Source: Pseudomonadota bacterium (GTDB lineage: Bacteria > Desulfobacterota > Desulfobacteria > Desulfobacterales > JBDRRP01). From it: DNA of 37,600 nt. The notes beneath the pieces were generated by a model, which ran no database searches, had not been told where the DNA came from, and saw nothing but the letters and a program-made list of their open reading frames with translations. Shown piece after piece: positions 8,324 to 18,399 of the stretch. The stretch's first letter is position 1. Every line of letters starts with the position of its first letter. A program made the position numbers and the translations under genes. The stretch covers positions 1 through 37,600 of the forward strand of contig JBDRRP010000101.1 of assembly GCA_043825735.1 (NCBI GenBank). Reading direction: 5' to 3'.

Positions 8324-10468
8324 ATGACCGTAAGACGGGTTCTGATAGCCGCCCCGGTGGTGGTGATGGTGATATTGCTCCAGTCCTATTTCTGGGTTCC
8401 CTCGTATGAGCAGCAAACCCGTGGCAACCCGGAGCGTCTGTCGAACTACATCACCGGCTCCATCGGAGACGCCAGCCTCATCAACCCTATTTTATCGGCG
8501 GACAGCGCCAGCAGCCAGATCGAATCGATGGTGTTCGAAGGGCTTATCGACAGAGACAAGGACCTGCGTCTTCGCGGCCGCCTGGCGACCGCCTGGGATA
8601 TCTCCGAAATCGCCACATTTCTGGTAAATCCAACGGCCGTTATCCCCGGCGCAGCAGCCCCGCTGTCGGCAACAGAAACCGCCGAGCGGCTGCTGCGGGC
8701 CGTAGCGAACCGACATCCGGAAGATGCCCTCCTGGACCAGACCCTTGCCAACATTCAGGAAATCAGCGTGGTCCCGGCTCAGGAGGGCACTGTTACCCAC
8801 CGTTTGCCCGGCCCCGCCGCACAGGGTGATTCCGCCACCAGCGCCGTCACCGTCACCGTGACCCTCTCGCCGCCGCCGACCATCCGACTGCGCCTGCACC
8901 GAGTAGACCAGGATCTCTTCTCCAACCTCGAAAAAATCCTGGGCGATGCTTATTTCACGGGCCATCACACCGCTGGCTACCTCACCGCCGCCCCCGAGCT
9001 GAACCCTGAAGAAATGGTTCAGGTGGCGCGGCAACTGCTGCCGGCCACTGAACATAACCCGGTCATTGAATTTCTGTTGCGCCCAGGGGTGCGATTTCAT
9101 GACGGCCATGAGTTTTCTGCCGAAGACGTCAAATTCACCTATGACGCCATCATGGATCCACGCAATCTCTCTCCGCGGACATCCGATTATGAACCGGTCA
9201 AAACCGTCACAGTGGATGGCCCCCTCAAAGTGCGAGTCACTTACAAGCGGCTCTACTCCCCGGCCATCAGCACTTGGGCAATGGGCATTCTGCCGGCTCA
9301 CCGCCTCAATGACGCAGCCCTGGCCAAAGAGGCCCGCCGGCAAGGTAAAGACCCCGCCACTTTTACCCTGCGCCAGAGCGATTTCAACCGCCACCCTATC
9401 GGGTGCGGCCCCTTTGTCTTCTCAGAATGGAAATCGGATCAGTACATCCGGCTGGCGCGCTTCGACGACTACTGGGAAGGCCCGGCCAATTACCGCGGGT
9501 ACGTGGTCCGGGTGATCCCGGATCTGCTCACCCAGGAAATGGAATTTTACGCCGGCACCCTGGACCACTACGGCGTACCGCCCTACCAGGTCAAACGCCT
9601 TAAAGAAGACCCGCGGTTCCAGAGCTTTTCGGGCACCGCCTTCGGGTACACCTATATCGGCTACAACCTTCGCCGGGCGCCCTTCGACGATCCGCGCGTG
9701 CGCAGGGCCCTGGGGATGGCCATTGACGCCCGCCAGATCATCGACTACGTCCTCTACGGCCAGGCAGAAACGATCACCGGGCCGTTTCCCAAGCAGACCG
9801 ATTTCTACAACAGTAACGTACCCGCCCTGCCCTATGACCCTGCAGGGGCCGCAGCCCTGTTGAAATCAGCCGGATGGATGCCCAACGCTGCCGGTATTCT
9901 GGAAAAAGAGGGCCGCCCGCTGCAGTTCACCCTCATCACCAACAGCGGCAACGACCTGAGAAAGGCGATCCTGGCCATTGCCCAGGATGCCTGGAAACGA
10001 ATCGGCGTCGACGTGCGCACCGATCTTTTGGAGTGGTCGGTGTTTCTCCAGGAGCGGGTCAACAAGCTGGACTTTGACGCGCTGGTGCTGGGCTGGCAGA
10101 TGGGCATCGATCCCGATCTTTATCAAATTTGGCATTCGAGCCAGACCGGTCCCTTTCAGTTGAACTTCGTGGGATTCCGCAACGCGGCTGCAGACGATCT
10201 CATCATCAAAATCCGCCAGGAGTACGATCTGGCCAAGCAGATCGACTACTGCCACCGCCTTCACGCCATCATCGCCGACGAGCAGCCCTACACCTTTCTC
10301 TACGTAAGCAACTGGACGGCGGTGCTGGACCGGCGGATCGCCATCAAAGAAACGGACGCGGCAGGCAATACCCGGTATCGCCGCATTGAACCGACAAAGA
10401 CGGGCAATTACGCCTTCGACTTCAATCAGTGGATCAAACTGCCGACGCCCCCGGTGTTCGAGCCATAA
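8324..10468 (+). CDS. Peptide/nickel ABC transporter substrate-binding protein (family 5)
   Basis: LRPGVRFHDG..SAEDVKFT, PIGCGPF, FDDPRVRRAL. Hydrophobic N-terminus. Confidence 0.92.
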   Translation: MTVRRVLIAAPVVVMVILLQSYFWVPSYEQQTRGNPERLSNYITGSIGDASLINPILSADSASSQIESMVFEGLIDRDKDLRLRGRLATAWDISEIATFLVNPTAVIPGAAAPLSATETAERLLRAVANRHPEDALLDQTLANIQEISVVPAQEGTVTHRLPGPAAQGDSATSAVTVTVTLSPPPTIRLRLHRVDQDLFSNLEKILGDAYFTGHHTAGYLTAAPELNPEEMVQVARQLLPATEHNPVIEFLLRPGVRFHDGHEFSAEDVKFTYDAIMDPRNLSPRTSDYEPVKTVTVDGPLKVRVTYKRLYSPAISTWAMGILPAHRLNDAALAKEARRQGKDPATFTLRQSDFNRHPIGCGPFVFSEWKSDQYIRLARFDDYWEGPANYRGYVVRVIPDLLTQEMEFYAGTLDHYGVPPYQVKRLKEDPRFQSFSGTAFGYTYIGYNLRRAPFDDPRVRRALGMAIDARQIIDYVLYGQAETITGPFPKQTDFYNSNVPALPYDPAGAAALLKSAGWMPNAAGILEKEGRPLQFTLITNSGNDLRKAILAIAQDAWKRIGVDVRTDLLEWSVFLQERVNKLDFDALVLGWQMGIDPDLYQIWHSSQTGPFQLNFVGFRNAAADDLIIKIRQEYDLAKQIDYCHRLHAIIADEQPYTFLYVSNWTAVLDRRIAIKETDAAGNTRYRRIEPTKTGNYAFDFNQWIKLPTPPVFEP

Positions 10469-10514
10469 CACGGTAGTATCGATTCAACGACAGGGGCCCA
10501 ACGGCAAGATACGA

Positions 10515-10762
10515 TTTGAACCACGAAGAGCACGAAGGGCACGAAGGGCACGAAGGAAAATCAGGACCACAACGCTCACACAGGCAATGTCGTAACACGA
10601 GGGCAATAGAAACCAATGGGATCGCGCAGGGCCGCTGAGGCGCAGAGAAAAACATTTGCAACCGTCCGCGCGGCGCTTTCGCCGTGCCTTCTCCGCGTCT
10701 CTGCGCCTCAGCGCGAAAACGGTTTTGCTTTTCTTCGTGATCTTCGTGTGCTTCGTGGTTTA
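10515..10762. repeat. Nested inverted-triad element (outer CACGAAG x4 / CTTCGTG x3, inner CGCAGAG/CTCTGCG)
   Basis: Outer arms at 10522-10555 and 10734-10758. Inner arms at 10622-10648 and 10690-10716. Confidence 0.88.
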
Positions 10763-10809
10763 TCACAGCCGTTATGCCGCCATGACCGACTCTCAATAGG
10801 GAACGCACC

Positions 10810-11772
10810 ATGATCGCCTTTATCGGCAGAAGCATGATCCAAAAACTGATCACCCTGTTTTTCATATCGGTGGTCTCGTTTCTGATCATCCACCTGGCCC
10901 CGGGCAGTCCCAGTCAGGTGGACCCGCTCAATCCCAAGTTCACGCCGGAAATGGTGGCACGGTTTCGCCAGGAGTTTCACCTGGATAAACCCCTCACCAC
11001 CCAGTACGGCTTGTTTTACAAAAACTTCTTCACCGGCCGCATTGTTTCCTGGAAGGACAACCAGCCCGTTCTGGGCAAGATCGGCGAGCGGTTTCTCAAC
11101 AGCCTGCCGCTGTTTGTGGTGGGAACCCTGCTCACCTGGACGCTGTCATTTCCCGTTGGCATCCGCTCGGCCATAGGCCGTGGCGGCACCTTTGATCGGA
11201 GCGCCACCTTTCTCGCCTACCTGCTCATCAGCATCCCCGGTTTCTTTTTCGCCTACATGCTCATCATCGCGGTGGTTACCATTTTCGAGGTGCCGGTGAT
11301 TGGCATGGAAACGTTCGGGTTGAGCGGTGTGGGGACGATCTCCCGCATCATGGACCGCACCTGGCACCTGGTACTGCCGTCGATCCTGGGGGCAACGGGC
11401 GGCATTGCGGTGCTTTCACGCTACGTGCGCAGCCAGATGCTCGAAGTGGAAGGCCAGGATTACATCCGAACCGCGCGAGCCAAGGGGCTTCCCGAAGAGC
11501 AGGTACACTACCGACACGCTCTTCGAAACGCCCTGCTCCCCTTTGTCACGATGTTCGGTCTGGTGCTGCCCGGGCTCATCGGCGGATCGGTCATCATCGA
11601 ATCCATCTTCTCGTGGCCCGGCATGGGACGCATGGCCTATGAGGCCATCCTGGCCAGGGACTACCCGGTGATTCTGACCGTCAATTTCGTATCGGCCGTG
11701 TTGGTGCTGCTGGGCACGTTTGTCTCTGACATTCTATACATGGTGGTAGATCCACGCATCGAGCTCTCATGA
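10810..11772 (+). CDS. Peptide ABC transporter permease (DppB/OppB-like)
   Basis: DYIRTARAKGL, HALRNA, ESIFSWPGMG, RDYPV. Confidence 0.95.
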   Translation: MIAFIGRSMIQKLITLFFISVVSFLIIHLAPGSPSQVDPLNPKFTPEMVARFRQEFHLDKPLTTQYGLFYKNFFTGRIVSWKDNQPVLGKIGERFLNSLPLFVVGTLLTWTLSFPVGIRSAIGRGGTFDRSATFLAYLLISIPGFFFAYMLIIAVVTIFEVPVIGMETFGLSGVGTISRIMDRTWHLVLPSILGATGGIAVLSRYVRSQMLEVEGQDYIRTARAKGLPEEQVHYRHALRNALLPFVTMFGLVLPGLIGGSVIIESIFSWPGMGRMAYEAILARDYPVILTVNFVSAVLVLLGTFVSDILYMVVDPRIELS

Positions 11773-12929
11773 TCGACACTCATCCATACCCCCCCGGCAG
11801 CTTCGCCGACGCCGACATGACCCTCGCCGCCCACCAGGGACGTTGGACCCTTTTCTGGGACCAGTTCCGCGGCAACCGCATGGCCGTGGCCGGCATGCTC
11901 ATTTTCGCGCTCTTTTTCGCGGCGGCCCTGGCAGGCCTTGCCCTCACGTCGGGAACGGCCCCGGTTCTAAACCCGTCAACGATCCGGCTCCAGGAAAAAC
12001 TACGCCCCCCGCTTTCAAAAGCCGCTGAGCAAATCCTTCAACCCAACCAGGTCCCTGCCGGGAGTGTTTATCTTCTGGGAACCGACGATCTGGGGCGGGA
12101 TGTGTTCGCGCGGATGATGCAGGGCGCCTGGGTATCGCTCACCGTCGGATTCGTGGCCGTCGGTATCTCCATTGCCATCGGGATCTTTATGGGAGGTATC
12201 GCCGGATACTACGGCCAGCTTCCCATCGGTCTGCACCACACCATGGCCCTGCTGCTGCCGAGCGCCGGTGCCGCGGTGGCCGGCAGTGTCTCCACCGCCG
12301 GAGGCCTCGCTCTTGCCGCCATCGGAATCGCGTGGCTCCTGGCAGGCCTGTTGCTGAAGCGCCGCGCACCGGCCCTGACCAGCGCCCTGAGCCGGCCGAT
12401 CATGAGCATCGACACACTGATCATGCGTATTGTGGACATCATGCTCTGTTTCCCGAGCTTTTTTCTCATTCTGACCGTGGTGGCCCTGCTGCCGGCCAGT
12501 TTATACAACATCATGATCGTCATCGGACTCACCAGTTGGATGGGGACCACCCGGTTTGTGCGGGCCGAATTTCTCTCGCTGCGCGAACAGGATTTTGTGG
12601 CCGCGGCCAAGGCCCTGGGAGTCAACGAACTCAGAATCATTTTTCTGCACATGATGCCCAACGCCATCGCACCGGTGCTGGTGTCGGCCACACTGGGTAT
12701 CGCCAGCGCCATCCTGACCGAGGCCGGCCTGAGCTTTCTGGGATTCGGCGTCCCCCCGCCCCATGCCACCTGGGGCAATATCCTTTCCGACGGCAAACGG
12801 TTTATTTTCGACGCCCCCTGGCTGACCTTCGCCCCGGGAACGGTTATTCTCCTGGTGGTACTGGCATTCAATCTTTTCGGCGAAGGGCTGCGGGACGTGT
12901 TGAACCCGCGGCTGAGGGAAAGGCATTGA
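11769..12929 (+). CDS. Peptide ABC transporter permease (DppC/OppC-like)
   Basis: LGTDDLGRD, EQDFVAAAKALG, EAGLSFLGFG, ATWG. Confidence 0.94.
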   Translation: MIDTHPYPPGSFADADMTLAAHQGRWTLFWDQFRGNRMAVAGMLIFALFFAAALAGLALTSGTAPVLNPSTIRLQEKLRPPLSKAAEQILQPNQVPAGSVYLLGTDDLGRDVFARMMQGAWVSLTVGFVAVGISIAIGIFMGGIAGYYGQLPIGLHHTMALLLPSAGAAVAGSVSTAGGLALAAIGIAWLLAGLLLKRRAPALTSALSRPIMSIDTLIMRIVDIMLCFPSFFLILTVVALLPASLYNIMIVIGLTSWMGTTRFVRAEFLSLREQDFVAAAKALGVNELRIIFLHMMPNAIAPVLVSATLGIASAILTEAGLSFLGFGVPPPHATWGNILSDGKRFIFDAPWLTFAPGTVILLVVLAFNLFGEGLRDVLNPRLRERH

Positions 12930-12931
12930 GC

Positions 12932-13963
12932 ATGAGGAGCGCCCCACCCAGCGACGCGGGCAAAACGAACGCACCGGGACGCGATGAGATGCTGCTGACG
13001 GTCTCCGAACTGAAGGTGTCATTTGGCGCCGGCCGCACAGCCGCACGCGCCGTGGATGGCGTCGATTTCCACATCGCCCCCAATGAAACCGTTTGCATCG
13101 TGGGTGAATCGGGCTGCGGAAAGACGGTCACGGCGTTGAGTATCCTGGGCCTCATCCCCTGCCCGCCCGCCCGCATCAGCGCCGATGCCGTACGCTTCAA
13201 GGGCCAGAATCTACTCACGGCTTCCCCGGAAGCGCTCCGGCACATCCGCGGCAACCAGATCGCCATGGTATTTCAGGAGCCTTTGTCCTCGCTCAACCCC
13301 GTATTCACCGTGGAAGATCAGATCGGCGAGGCCATGCGCATCCACGGCAAACACCCGTCCGGAGAAATCCGCGAGGCGTGCGAGAACCTGCTGGCCCAGG
13401 TAGGCATCGCCGACCCTGCCGATCGCCTGGCGGCGTTTCCCCATCAGCTCAGCGGCGGTCAGCGCCAGCGGGTGATGATCGCCATGGCACTGTCCTGCGA
13501 CCCGGATCTCATCATCGCCGACGAGCCCACCACCGCCCTGGATGTCACGGTTCAGGCCCAGATCATTCGACTGTTCAAGGACATCCAGGCACGCCGCCGG
13601 ATGGCCATCCAGTATATCACCCACGATCTGGGCGTCGTGGCCGCCATCGCCAACCGGGTCTATGTCATGTACGCGGGTATTATCGTGGAGGAAGGCGGCA
13701 CCGCCGCCATTTTCAAAATGCCGGGGCATCCCTACACCCGTGCCCTGCTGGCCGCACTGCCGAACCGGAAAAAACGGGGTCAGCGTCTTTATGCCATACC
13801 CGGTTCGGTGCCCAACCCTTCGAACAAACCCCCCGGCTGCCCGTTTCATCCACGATGTCCGGCAGCCGAGACGTCCTGCCGACACACCGTCCCCGACATG
13901 TGCGACTATGGCGGCGGGCACCGGGCACGCTGTCCGGTTGTGTTTGAAAAGGACGGGAAATGA
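12932..13963 (+). CDS. Peptide ABC transporter ATP-binding protein (DppD-like)
   Basis: [33 protein letters not shown]. Start trimmed to ATG 12932. Confidence 0.94.
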   Translation: MRSAPPSDAGKTNAPGRDEMLLTVSELKVSFGAGRTAARAVDGVDFHIAPNETVCIVGESGCGKTVTALSILGLIPCPPARISADAVRFKGQNLLTASPEALRHIRGNQIAMVFQEPLSSLNPVFTVEDQIGEAMRIHGKHPSGEIREACENLLAQVGIADPADRLAAFPHQLSGGQRQRVMIAMALSCDPDLIIADEPTTALDVTVQAQIIRLFKDIQARRRMAIQYITHDLGVVAAIANRVYVMYAGIIVEEGGTAAIFKMPGHPYTRALLAALPNRKKRGQRLYAIPGSVPNPSNKPPGCPFHPRCPAAETSCRHTVPDMCDYGGGHRARCPVVFEKDGK

Positions 13964-14961
13964 TGAACCGGCAATCCGCCATAGCGCCGGACGCGCTCAT
14001 TCTCGAGGTGACTGACCTTCGCAAGGCCTTCCCGGTACGTTCGGGATTCCTCCAACGGTTAACCGGCAGCGTCTCCGCCGTGGATGGTGTTTCGTTTGCC
14101 ATCACCCGTGGGCAGACGCTCGGCCTGGTGGGTGAAAGCGGTTGCGGAAAATCCACCGTGGCGCGGTTGATCCTGCGCCTGCTATCGCCCGACAGCGGCA
14201 TCATCCGGTTCAACGGCCACGATATCAGCCGGTTGTCCCAGCGGGCGCTCAAACCCCTCCGGCGACAAATCCAGATCATCTTTCAAGATCCCTATGGATC
14301 GCTCAACCCGCGCATGAGCATCGGGTGGTCCATCGCTGAAGGTCTGCGTACCATCGGGATCACCGAGGCCGCCGCCCAGCGCAGCCGGGTGGCCATGCTG
14401 CTGGAGATGGTCGGCCTGCCGCCGGCCTACCAAAACCGCTACCCTCACGAGTTCAGCGGGGGGCAGCGGCAGCGCATCGGCATCGCCAGGGCCCTGAGCG
14501 TCTCGCCGTCCCTTCTGGTCTGCGATGAGCCCATCTCTGCCCTGGATGTTTCCATACAGGCCCAGATCATCAATCTGCTCAAGGATCTGCAGGATCAATT
14601 GGGCCTGAGCTACCTGTTCATCTCACACGATCTGAATGTCGTCAGCTATTTGTGCACTCACGTCTGCGTTATGAACAGCGGGCAGATCGTGGAGTCCGCG
14701 CCGGCCGAGGCCCTTTTCGAGCACCCGTGCCACCCCTATACCCGGGCACTTTTATCGGCCATTCCGGATGCCGATGCATCCCTGAAGATGCGGGATGCAG
14801 CGCCGGCGCGCCCCCGTCGGGACGATCCGCCGCCGGGTGCCTGTGTCTATGCCGATGAGTGTCCCGCCGCTGAACCCCGCTGCCTTGCCGGGGCGCCGCT
14901 GATCACCGTGGCCCCGGGTCACCAGGTGCGGTGCTGGCAAGGAGCGGATGTGCTGAAATGA
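13960..14961 (+). CDS. Peptide ABC transporter ATP-binding protein (DppF-like)
   Basis: GESGCGKST, YPHEFSGGQRQRIGIARAL, CDEPISALDVS. Confidence 0.94.
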   Translation: MMNRQSAIAPDALILEVTDLRKAFPVRSGFLQRLTGSVSAVDGVSFAITRGQTLGLVGESGCGKSTVARLILRLLSPDSGIIRFNGHDISRLSQRALKPLRRQIQIIFQDPYGSLNPRMSIGWSIAEGLRTIGITEAAAQRSRVAMLLEMVGLPPAYQNRYPHEFSGGQRQRIGIARALSVSPSLLVCDEPISALDVSIQAQIINLLKDLQDQLGLSYLFISHDLNVVSYLCTHVCVMNSGQIVESAPAEALFEHPCHPYTRALLSAIPDADASLKMRDAAPARPRRDDPPPGACVYADECPAAEPRCLAGAPLITVAPGHQVRCWQGADVLK

Positions 14962-14971
14962 TTAAAGGGAT

Positions 14972-15120
14972 GTTGAACCACGGAGTTACGGAGGACACGG
15001 AGAAAAGCAGGTTTTGGGCGCTTCGCGCGGAACAGCAACATTGGTCTCCGGAGTCCGCAAAGAGGGCAGAGGAAAAACAATTTTAAGCGCTGCGCGCCGA
15101 AGGGCAACGGGTGGCTCAGA
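14972..15120. repeat. Half triad (CACGGAG-like x3) plus mini-hairpins
   Basis: GAACCACGGAGTTACGGAGGACACGGAGAAAA, then hairpins GCGCTTCGCGC and GCGCTGCGCGC. Confidence 0.65.
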
Positions 15121-15125
15121 AGAGA

Positions 15126-15278
15126 AAACTCCAAATCTCAAATTCTAAATTCCAAACAAATTCCAAACTCTAAATTCCAAACAAAAACCTTATACCCAGA
15201 TAGAAGTTTGGCTCTCGTTTGTTTTTTTGGTGCTTGGAATTTGTTTGTAATTTGGTGCTTGAAGTTTGTGATTTATTT
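15126..15278. repeat. Inverted AAATTCCAAA/TTTGGTGCTTG low-complexity element, copy A
   Basis: AAATTCCAAAC-type units followed by complementary TTTGGTGCTTG(G/A)A(A/G)TTTG units. Paralogous to 33147-33300. Confidence 0.85.
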
Positions 15279-15378
15279 AAAAGCCTCAGGCGGCCTGATG
15301 CGCCACCGGCGTAGGGTTTTTTTACACCAATACTGTATTTTGCGTTCTCTGCGAAAGAATTGCCTTAAGGAGTACGCC

Positions 15379-16578
15379 ATGCCCTTGACCACGCCTCGAA
15401 AAGAACTGATGGACCGGATCGCGCGGTTCCAGCAGCGGTTGGCCGCTGCCGATGTGGACGGTGCGCTGATCCTTCAAAAAACCGACCTCTTTTACCTGGC
15501 CGGCACTGTGCAGCAGGCCCAGCTCTACGTTCCGGCCGCCGGCACCCCGGTGTTGATGGTAAAAAAAAGCCATGCCCGTGCACGGGCCGAATCCGCCCTG
15601 GAGCGGGTGCTGCCCATTGCCTCGCCGAAAGACATTCCGGTGTGTCTCAAGGACGCGGGTCTGCCCCTGCCAGCTCGGCTGGGTCTCGAATGCGATGTGC
15701 TGCCGGCAAACTATTACCATCTGTACCGGAGTATTTTTGATGATGTCGCGGTGGCCGACATATCGCCCGAAATCCGCAGCATCCGTGCGATCAAATCCCA
15801 GTTTGAGCTGGAGATCATGACCGATGCCGCCCGTCTCGCCGATGCGGTTGCCGCCGCGGTGCCCGCGCTTCTGCGAGAAGGCATCAGTGAACTGGAACTG
15901 GCCGGCCTGGTAGAGGCCAGGGCCAGGGCCCTGGGGCACCAGGGCTTTCTCAGGATGCGGCTCTGGGGAAATGAGCTCTTTTACGGCCATCTCATGGCAG
16001 GCCCATCGGCGGCCCAGCCCAGCTACCTGGCCTCTCCCACCGGCGGCGCTGGGGCGAGCCCGGCAGTGGCGCAAGGGGCCGGCTTTCGCCGCATCCAACC
16101 CCACGAGCCCATTCTCGTGGACTATGTTTTTGCCTTCAACGGGTACCTGGCCGATCACACCCGCATCTTTGCCATCGGTGATCTCCCCGATGATCTGGCT
16201 CGCGGACACGAGGCCATGTGTCGCATTCAAGAGCGACTTGCTCGTGAATGCCTTCCGGGGGTAACCGGCGGTGAAATTTACAGCATGGCGGTGCAGATGG
16301 CGGCAGACGCCGGATACGGTGATCATTTCATGGGCAACGGAAATGATCGGGTGGCTTTCGTGGGCCACGGCATCGGACTTGAACTCGACGAGTATCCGTT
16401 CATTGCCCAAGGGCAGTCCATGCCGCTGGCCGAAGACATGGTGATCGCTCTGGAGCCCAAGTTGATCATCCCCGGCACGGGGGTGGTGGGCATTGAAAAC
16501 ACCCATTTGGTGACGACGACAGGCCTGCGCCGCTTGACCTGGCACCCGGACGAGATCCAGGTGGTGCGGCAAGCCTAG
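15379..16578 (+). CDS. Xaa-Pro aminopeptidase family (M24)
   Basis: IRAIKS..E, VDY..GYLADHTR, GHGIGLELDE, ALEPK, GIENT. AAGGAG RBS before ATG 15379. Confidence 0.93.
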   Translation: MPLTTPRKELMDRIARFQQRLAAADVDGALILQKTDLFYLAGTVQQAQLYVPAAGTPVLMVKKSHARARAESALERVLPIASPKDIPVCLKDAGLPLPARLGLECDVLPANYYHLYRSIFDDVAVADISPEIRSIRAIKSQFELEIMTDAARLADAVAAAVPALLREGISELELAGLVEARARALGHQGFLRMRLWGNELFYGHLMAGPSAAQPSYLASPTGGAGASPAVAQGAGFRRIQPHEPILVDYVFAFNGYLADHTRIFAIGDLPDDLARGHEAMCRIQERLARECLPGVTGGEIYSMAVQMAADAGYGDHFMGNGNDRVAFVGHGIGLELDEYPFIAQGQSMPLAEDMVIALEPKLIIPGTGVVGIENTHLVTTTGLRRLTWHPDEIQVVRQA

Positions 16579-16583
16579 CCTGT

Positions 16584-16709
16584 GACGGAGGTCAGAAGTC
16601 AGAGGTCAGAGGTCAGAGGTCAGAGGTCAGAGGTCAGAAGTCAGAAGTCAGAAGTCAGAGGACAGAGGACAGAGGTCAGAAGTCAGAAGTCAGAGGACAG
16701 AGGACAGAA
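16584..16709 (+). repeat. Heptamer tandem G(T/A)CAGA(G/A) x18
   Basis: 126 bp, starting 5 bp after the stop codon. The first unit is degenerate. Confidence 0.95.
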
Positions 16710-16722
16710 AAACCAAAAACAA

Positions 16723-16820
16723 TTTTCGCGCAGAGACGCTGAGGCGCAGAGAAAACATAAAAACTGTCTTCACGGCGCTTGCGCCGCGCATTCTCTGCGC
16801 CTCGGCGTCTCTGCGCGAGA
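16723..16820. repeat. Inverted CGCAGAG-triad element
   Basis: TCGCGCAGAGACGCTGAGGCGCAGAGAA ... TTCTCTGCGCCTCGGCGTCTCTGCGCGA. Confidence 0.9.
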
Positions 16821-16865
16821 AAGATCTTTTTGCCCGCTGCACCGCTTCATGAACTCGCAGTGCCC

Positions 16866-16903
16866 AAAAAAAAGGACGTACCGGGCAGAGGCCGGTACGT
16901 CCC
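16866..16903 (-). terminator. rpsI terminator
   Basis: GGACGTACCGG..CCGGTACGTCC stem with an A8 run on the + strand (T-run on the minus strand). Confidence 0.85.
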
Positions 16904-16927
16904 TTGAAATTTACGTGCTGCTGCGGT

Positions 16928-17320
16928 TTAACGCTTGGAGAACTGGAACCGCGCGCGGGCACCGCGCTGACCGTATTTTTTGCGTTCCTTGACTCTGGGA
17001 TCGCGCTTGACGAAACCGGCCCGCTTGAGCGGTGTCCGGTGCTCGGGGTTGGCGAGCATCAACGCACGGGTGATACCGTGGCGAATCGCACCGGCCTGCC
17101 CACTGGGTCCGCCGCCCTTGACCCGCACGACGATGTCGTAGTCACCGAGGGCATTGACCACCGCCAGTGGCTGACGCAGGATGGGAACGGCGGATTCAAC
17201 CTTGAAGTACTGTTCCACGGGTCGGTCGTTGACCGTAATAGTGCCGCTTCCCGGAGTGAGCCAAGTGCGGGCGATGGCGGTTTTGCGTTTGCCGGTGGCG
17301 TAGTAGCTGTTTTTTTCCAT
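16928..17320 (-). CDS. rpsI: 30S ribosomal protein S9
   Basis: [47 protein letters not shown]. Confidence 0.99.
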   Translation of the reverse strand: MEKNSYYATGKRKTAIARTWLTPGSGTITVNDRPVEQYFKVESAVPILRQPLAVVNALGDYDIVVRVKGGGPSGQAGAIRHGITRALMLANPEHRTPLKRAGFVKRDPRVKERKKYGQRGARARFQFSKR

Positions 17321-17350
17321 AGTCGTAGATACCTAAGGCGTAAAAAAGGT

Positions 17351-17785
17351 TTACTGTTCCAGCACTTGGGGCTGTTGGGCCTCGTGAGGATGCTCTGTGC
17401 CGGTGTAGACCTTGAGTTTTTTGATGAGTTGACGGCCGAGCCGATTCTTGGGAAGCATTCCCTTGACCGCAATACGAATGATATCCTCGGGACGCTTTTC
17501 CAGCAATTTTTCAGCGGTGATCTCTGTCAGACCGCCGATGTAACCACTGTGCCGGTAATAGGTTTTTTGGGTCCACTTGTTGCCGGTCATGACGATCTTG
17601 TCTGCATTGATCACGATCACCATATCGCCGGTATCTACATGCGGTGTGTAGATGGGTTTGTGCTTTCCACGAATTCGTGATGCCACCAGCGTGGCCAGAC
17701 GTCCCAGAACCTGCCCTTCGGCATCGACAACCCACCATTTCTCGTCTCGGTCAGATGCTTTAGCGCTATAAGTGTATTTTTTCAC
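17351..17785 (-). CDS. rplM: 50S ribosomal protein L13
   Basis: [41 protein letters not shown] start with AGGAG RBS. Confidence 0.99.
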   Translation of the reverse strand: MKKYTYSAKASDRDEKWWVVDAEGQVLGRLATLVASRIRGKHKPIYTPHVDTGDMVIVINADKIVMTGNKWTQKTYYRHSGYIGGLTEITAEKLLEKRPEDIIRIAVKGMLPKNRLGRQLIKKLKVYTGTEHPHEAQQPQVLEQ

Positions 17786-17819
17786 GGTGTTCACTCCTAT
17801 CGGTGTTTCGAATCTGCGG

Positions 17820-17848
17820 TTTATAATGAAATGCCCCTGGTATGTCAA
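17820..17848 (-). promoter_or_regulatory. sigma70 promoter of rplM-rpsI
   Basis: TTGACA-17 bp-TATAAA on the minus strand. Confidence 0.8.
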
Positions 17849-17923
17849 CAGATAATCCCATTTTTTTCACGGTAGCGCCATTGTCCTAAAAACGTTCCAT
17901 TCGCGCAAAAACGCCCCACCGTG

Positions 17924-17952
17924 TTGACACGGTTCTGCCAACCCTCTAAGTT
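17924..17952 (+). promoter_or_regulatory. Putative divergent sigma70 promoter
   Basis: TTGACA-17 bp-TAAGTT. Confidence 0.55.
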
Positions 17953-17953
17953 A

Positions 17954-18096
17954 GTGCCCATCCATAAACGGCATCTTTTGGCCCAGAGCGGCGTTTTCGC
18001 ACTTTTCAAAATCCTCGAAATAGCACGCTATTCCTCCGGTTTCGAAAATGCTCAAGCCTTGCTCTGAACCAAAATCTACCATTTCTGGATGGACAC
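17954..18096 (+). mobile_element. MITE/REP-like ~145-bp hairpin element, copy 2
   Basis: Nearly identical to 5446-5589. Its left end begins at the G of TAG. Confidence 0.85.
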
Positions 18097-18106
18097 AAGT
18101 TAGTGT

Positions 18107-18384
18107 CCGCCCGGAAGCGGCGCGTCACATGCGCCTTGCGGCGCGTCAGTTGTTGGCTGCGCCAACGTCAGTTGCCCCTTCGGGGCGTCAATGGCGTCTT
18201 CGACGCGTCACATGCGCCTGCCGGCGCGTCAGTTGTTGGCTGCGCCAACGTCAATTGTGCTTCGGCACGTCAATTACAGCGCAGCGCCATGACGACGAAG
18301 CCTATTGACGTCGGCGGAGCCGACAATTGACGGTCGCGCAGCGACCATATGACGGCGAAGCCTATTGACGCCGGCGAAGCCGGC
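18107..18384. repeat. Bidirectional array of GTCA-type 7-bp linkers alternating with variable mini-hairpins
   Basis: 8 GTCANNN linkers (18124-18275) followed by 5 NNNTGAC linkers (18288-18369), separated by 9-15-bp palindromes. Confidence 0.88.
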
Positions 18385-18399
18385 CAGTGGAGAACCCCC

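Noticed and set aside
16582..16992. 136-aa ORF (EVRGQRS repeats) and similar ORFs at 3170-3610, 10434-10889 and 33711-33995
   Set aside because: These are translations of intergenic repeat elements.
18107..18384. CRISPR array interpretation
   Set aside because: The constant part is only 7 bp, the variable parts are 9-15-bp palindromes, the orientation flips midway, and no cas genes are present.
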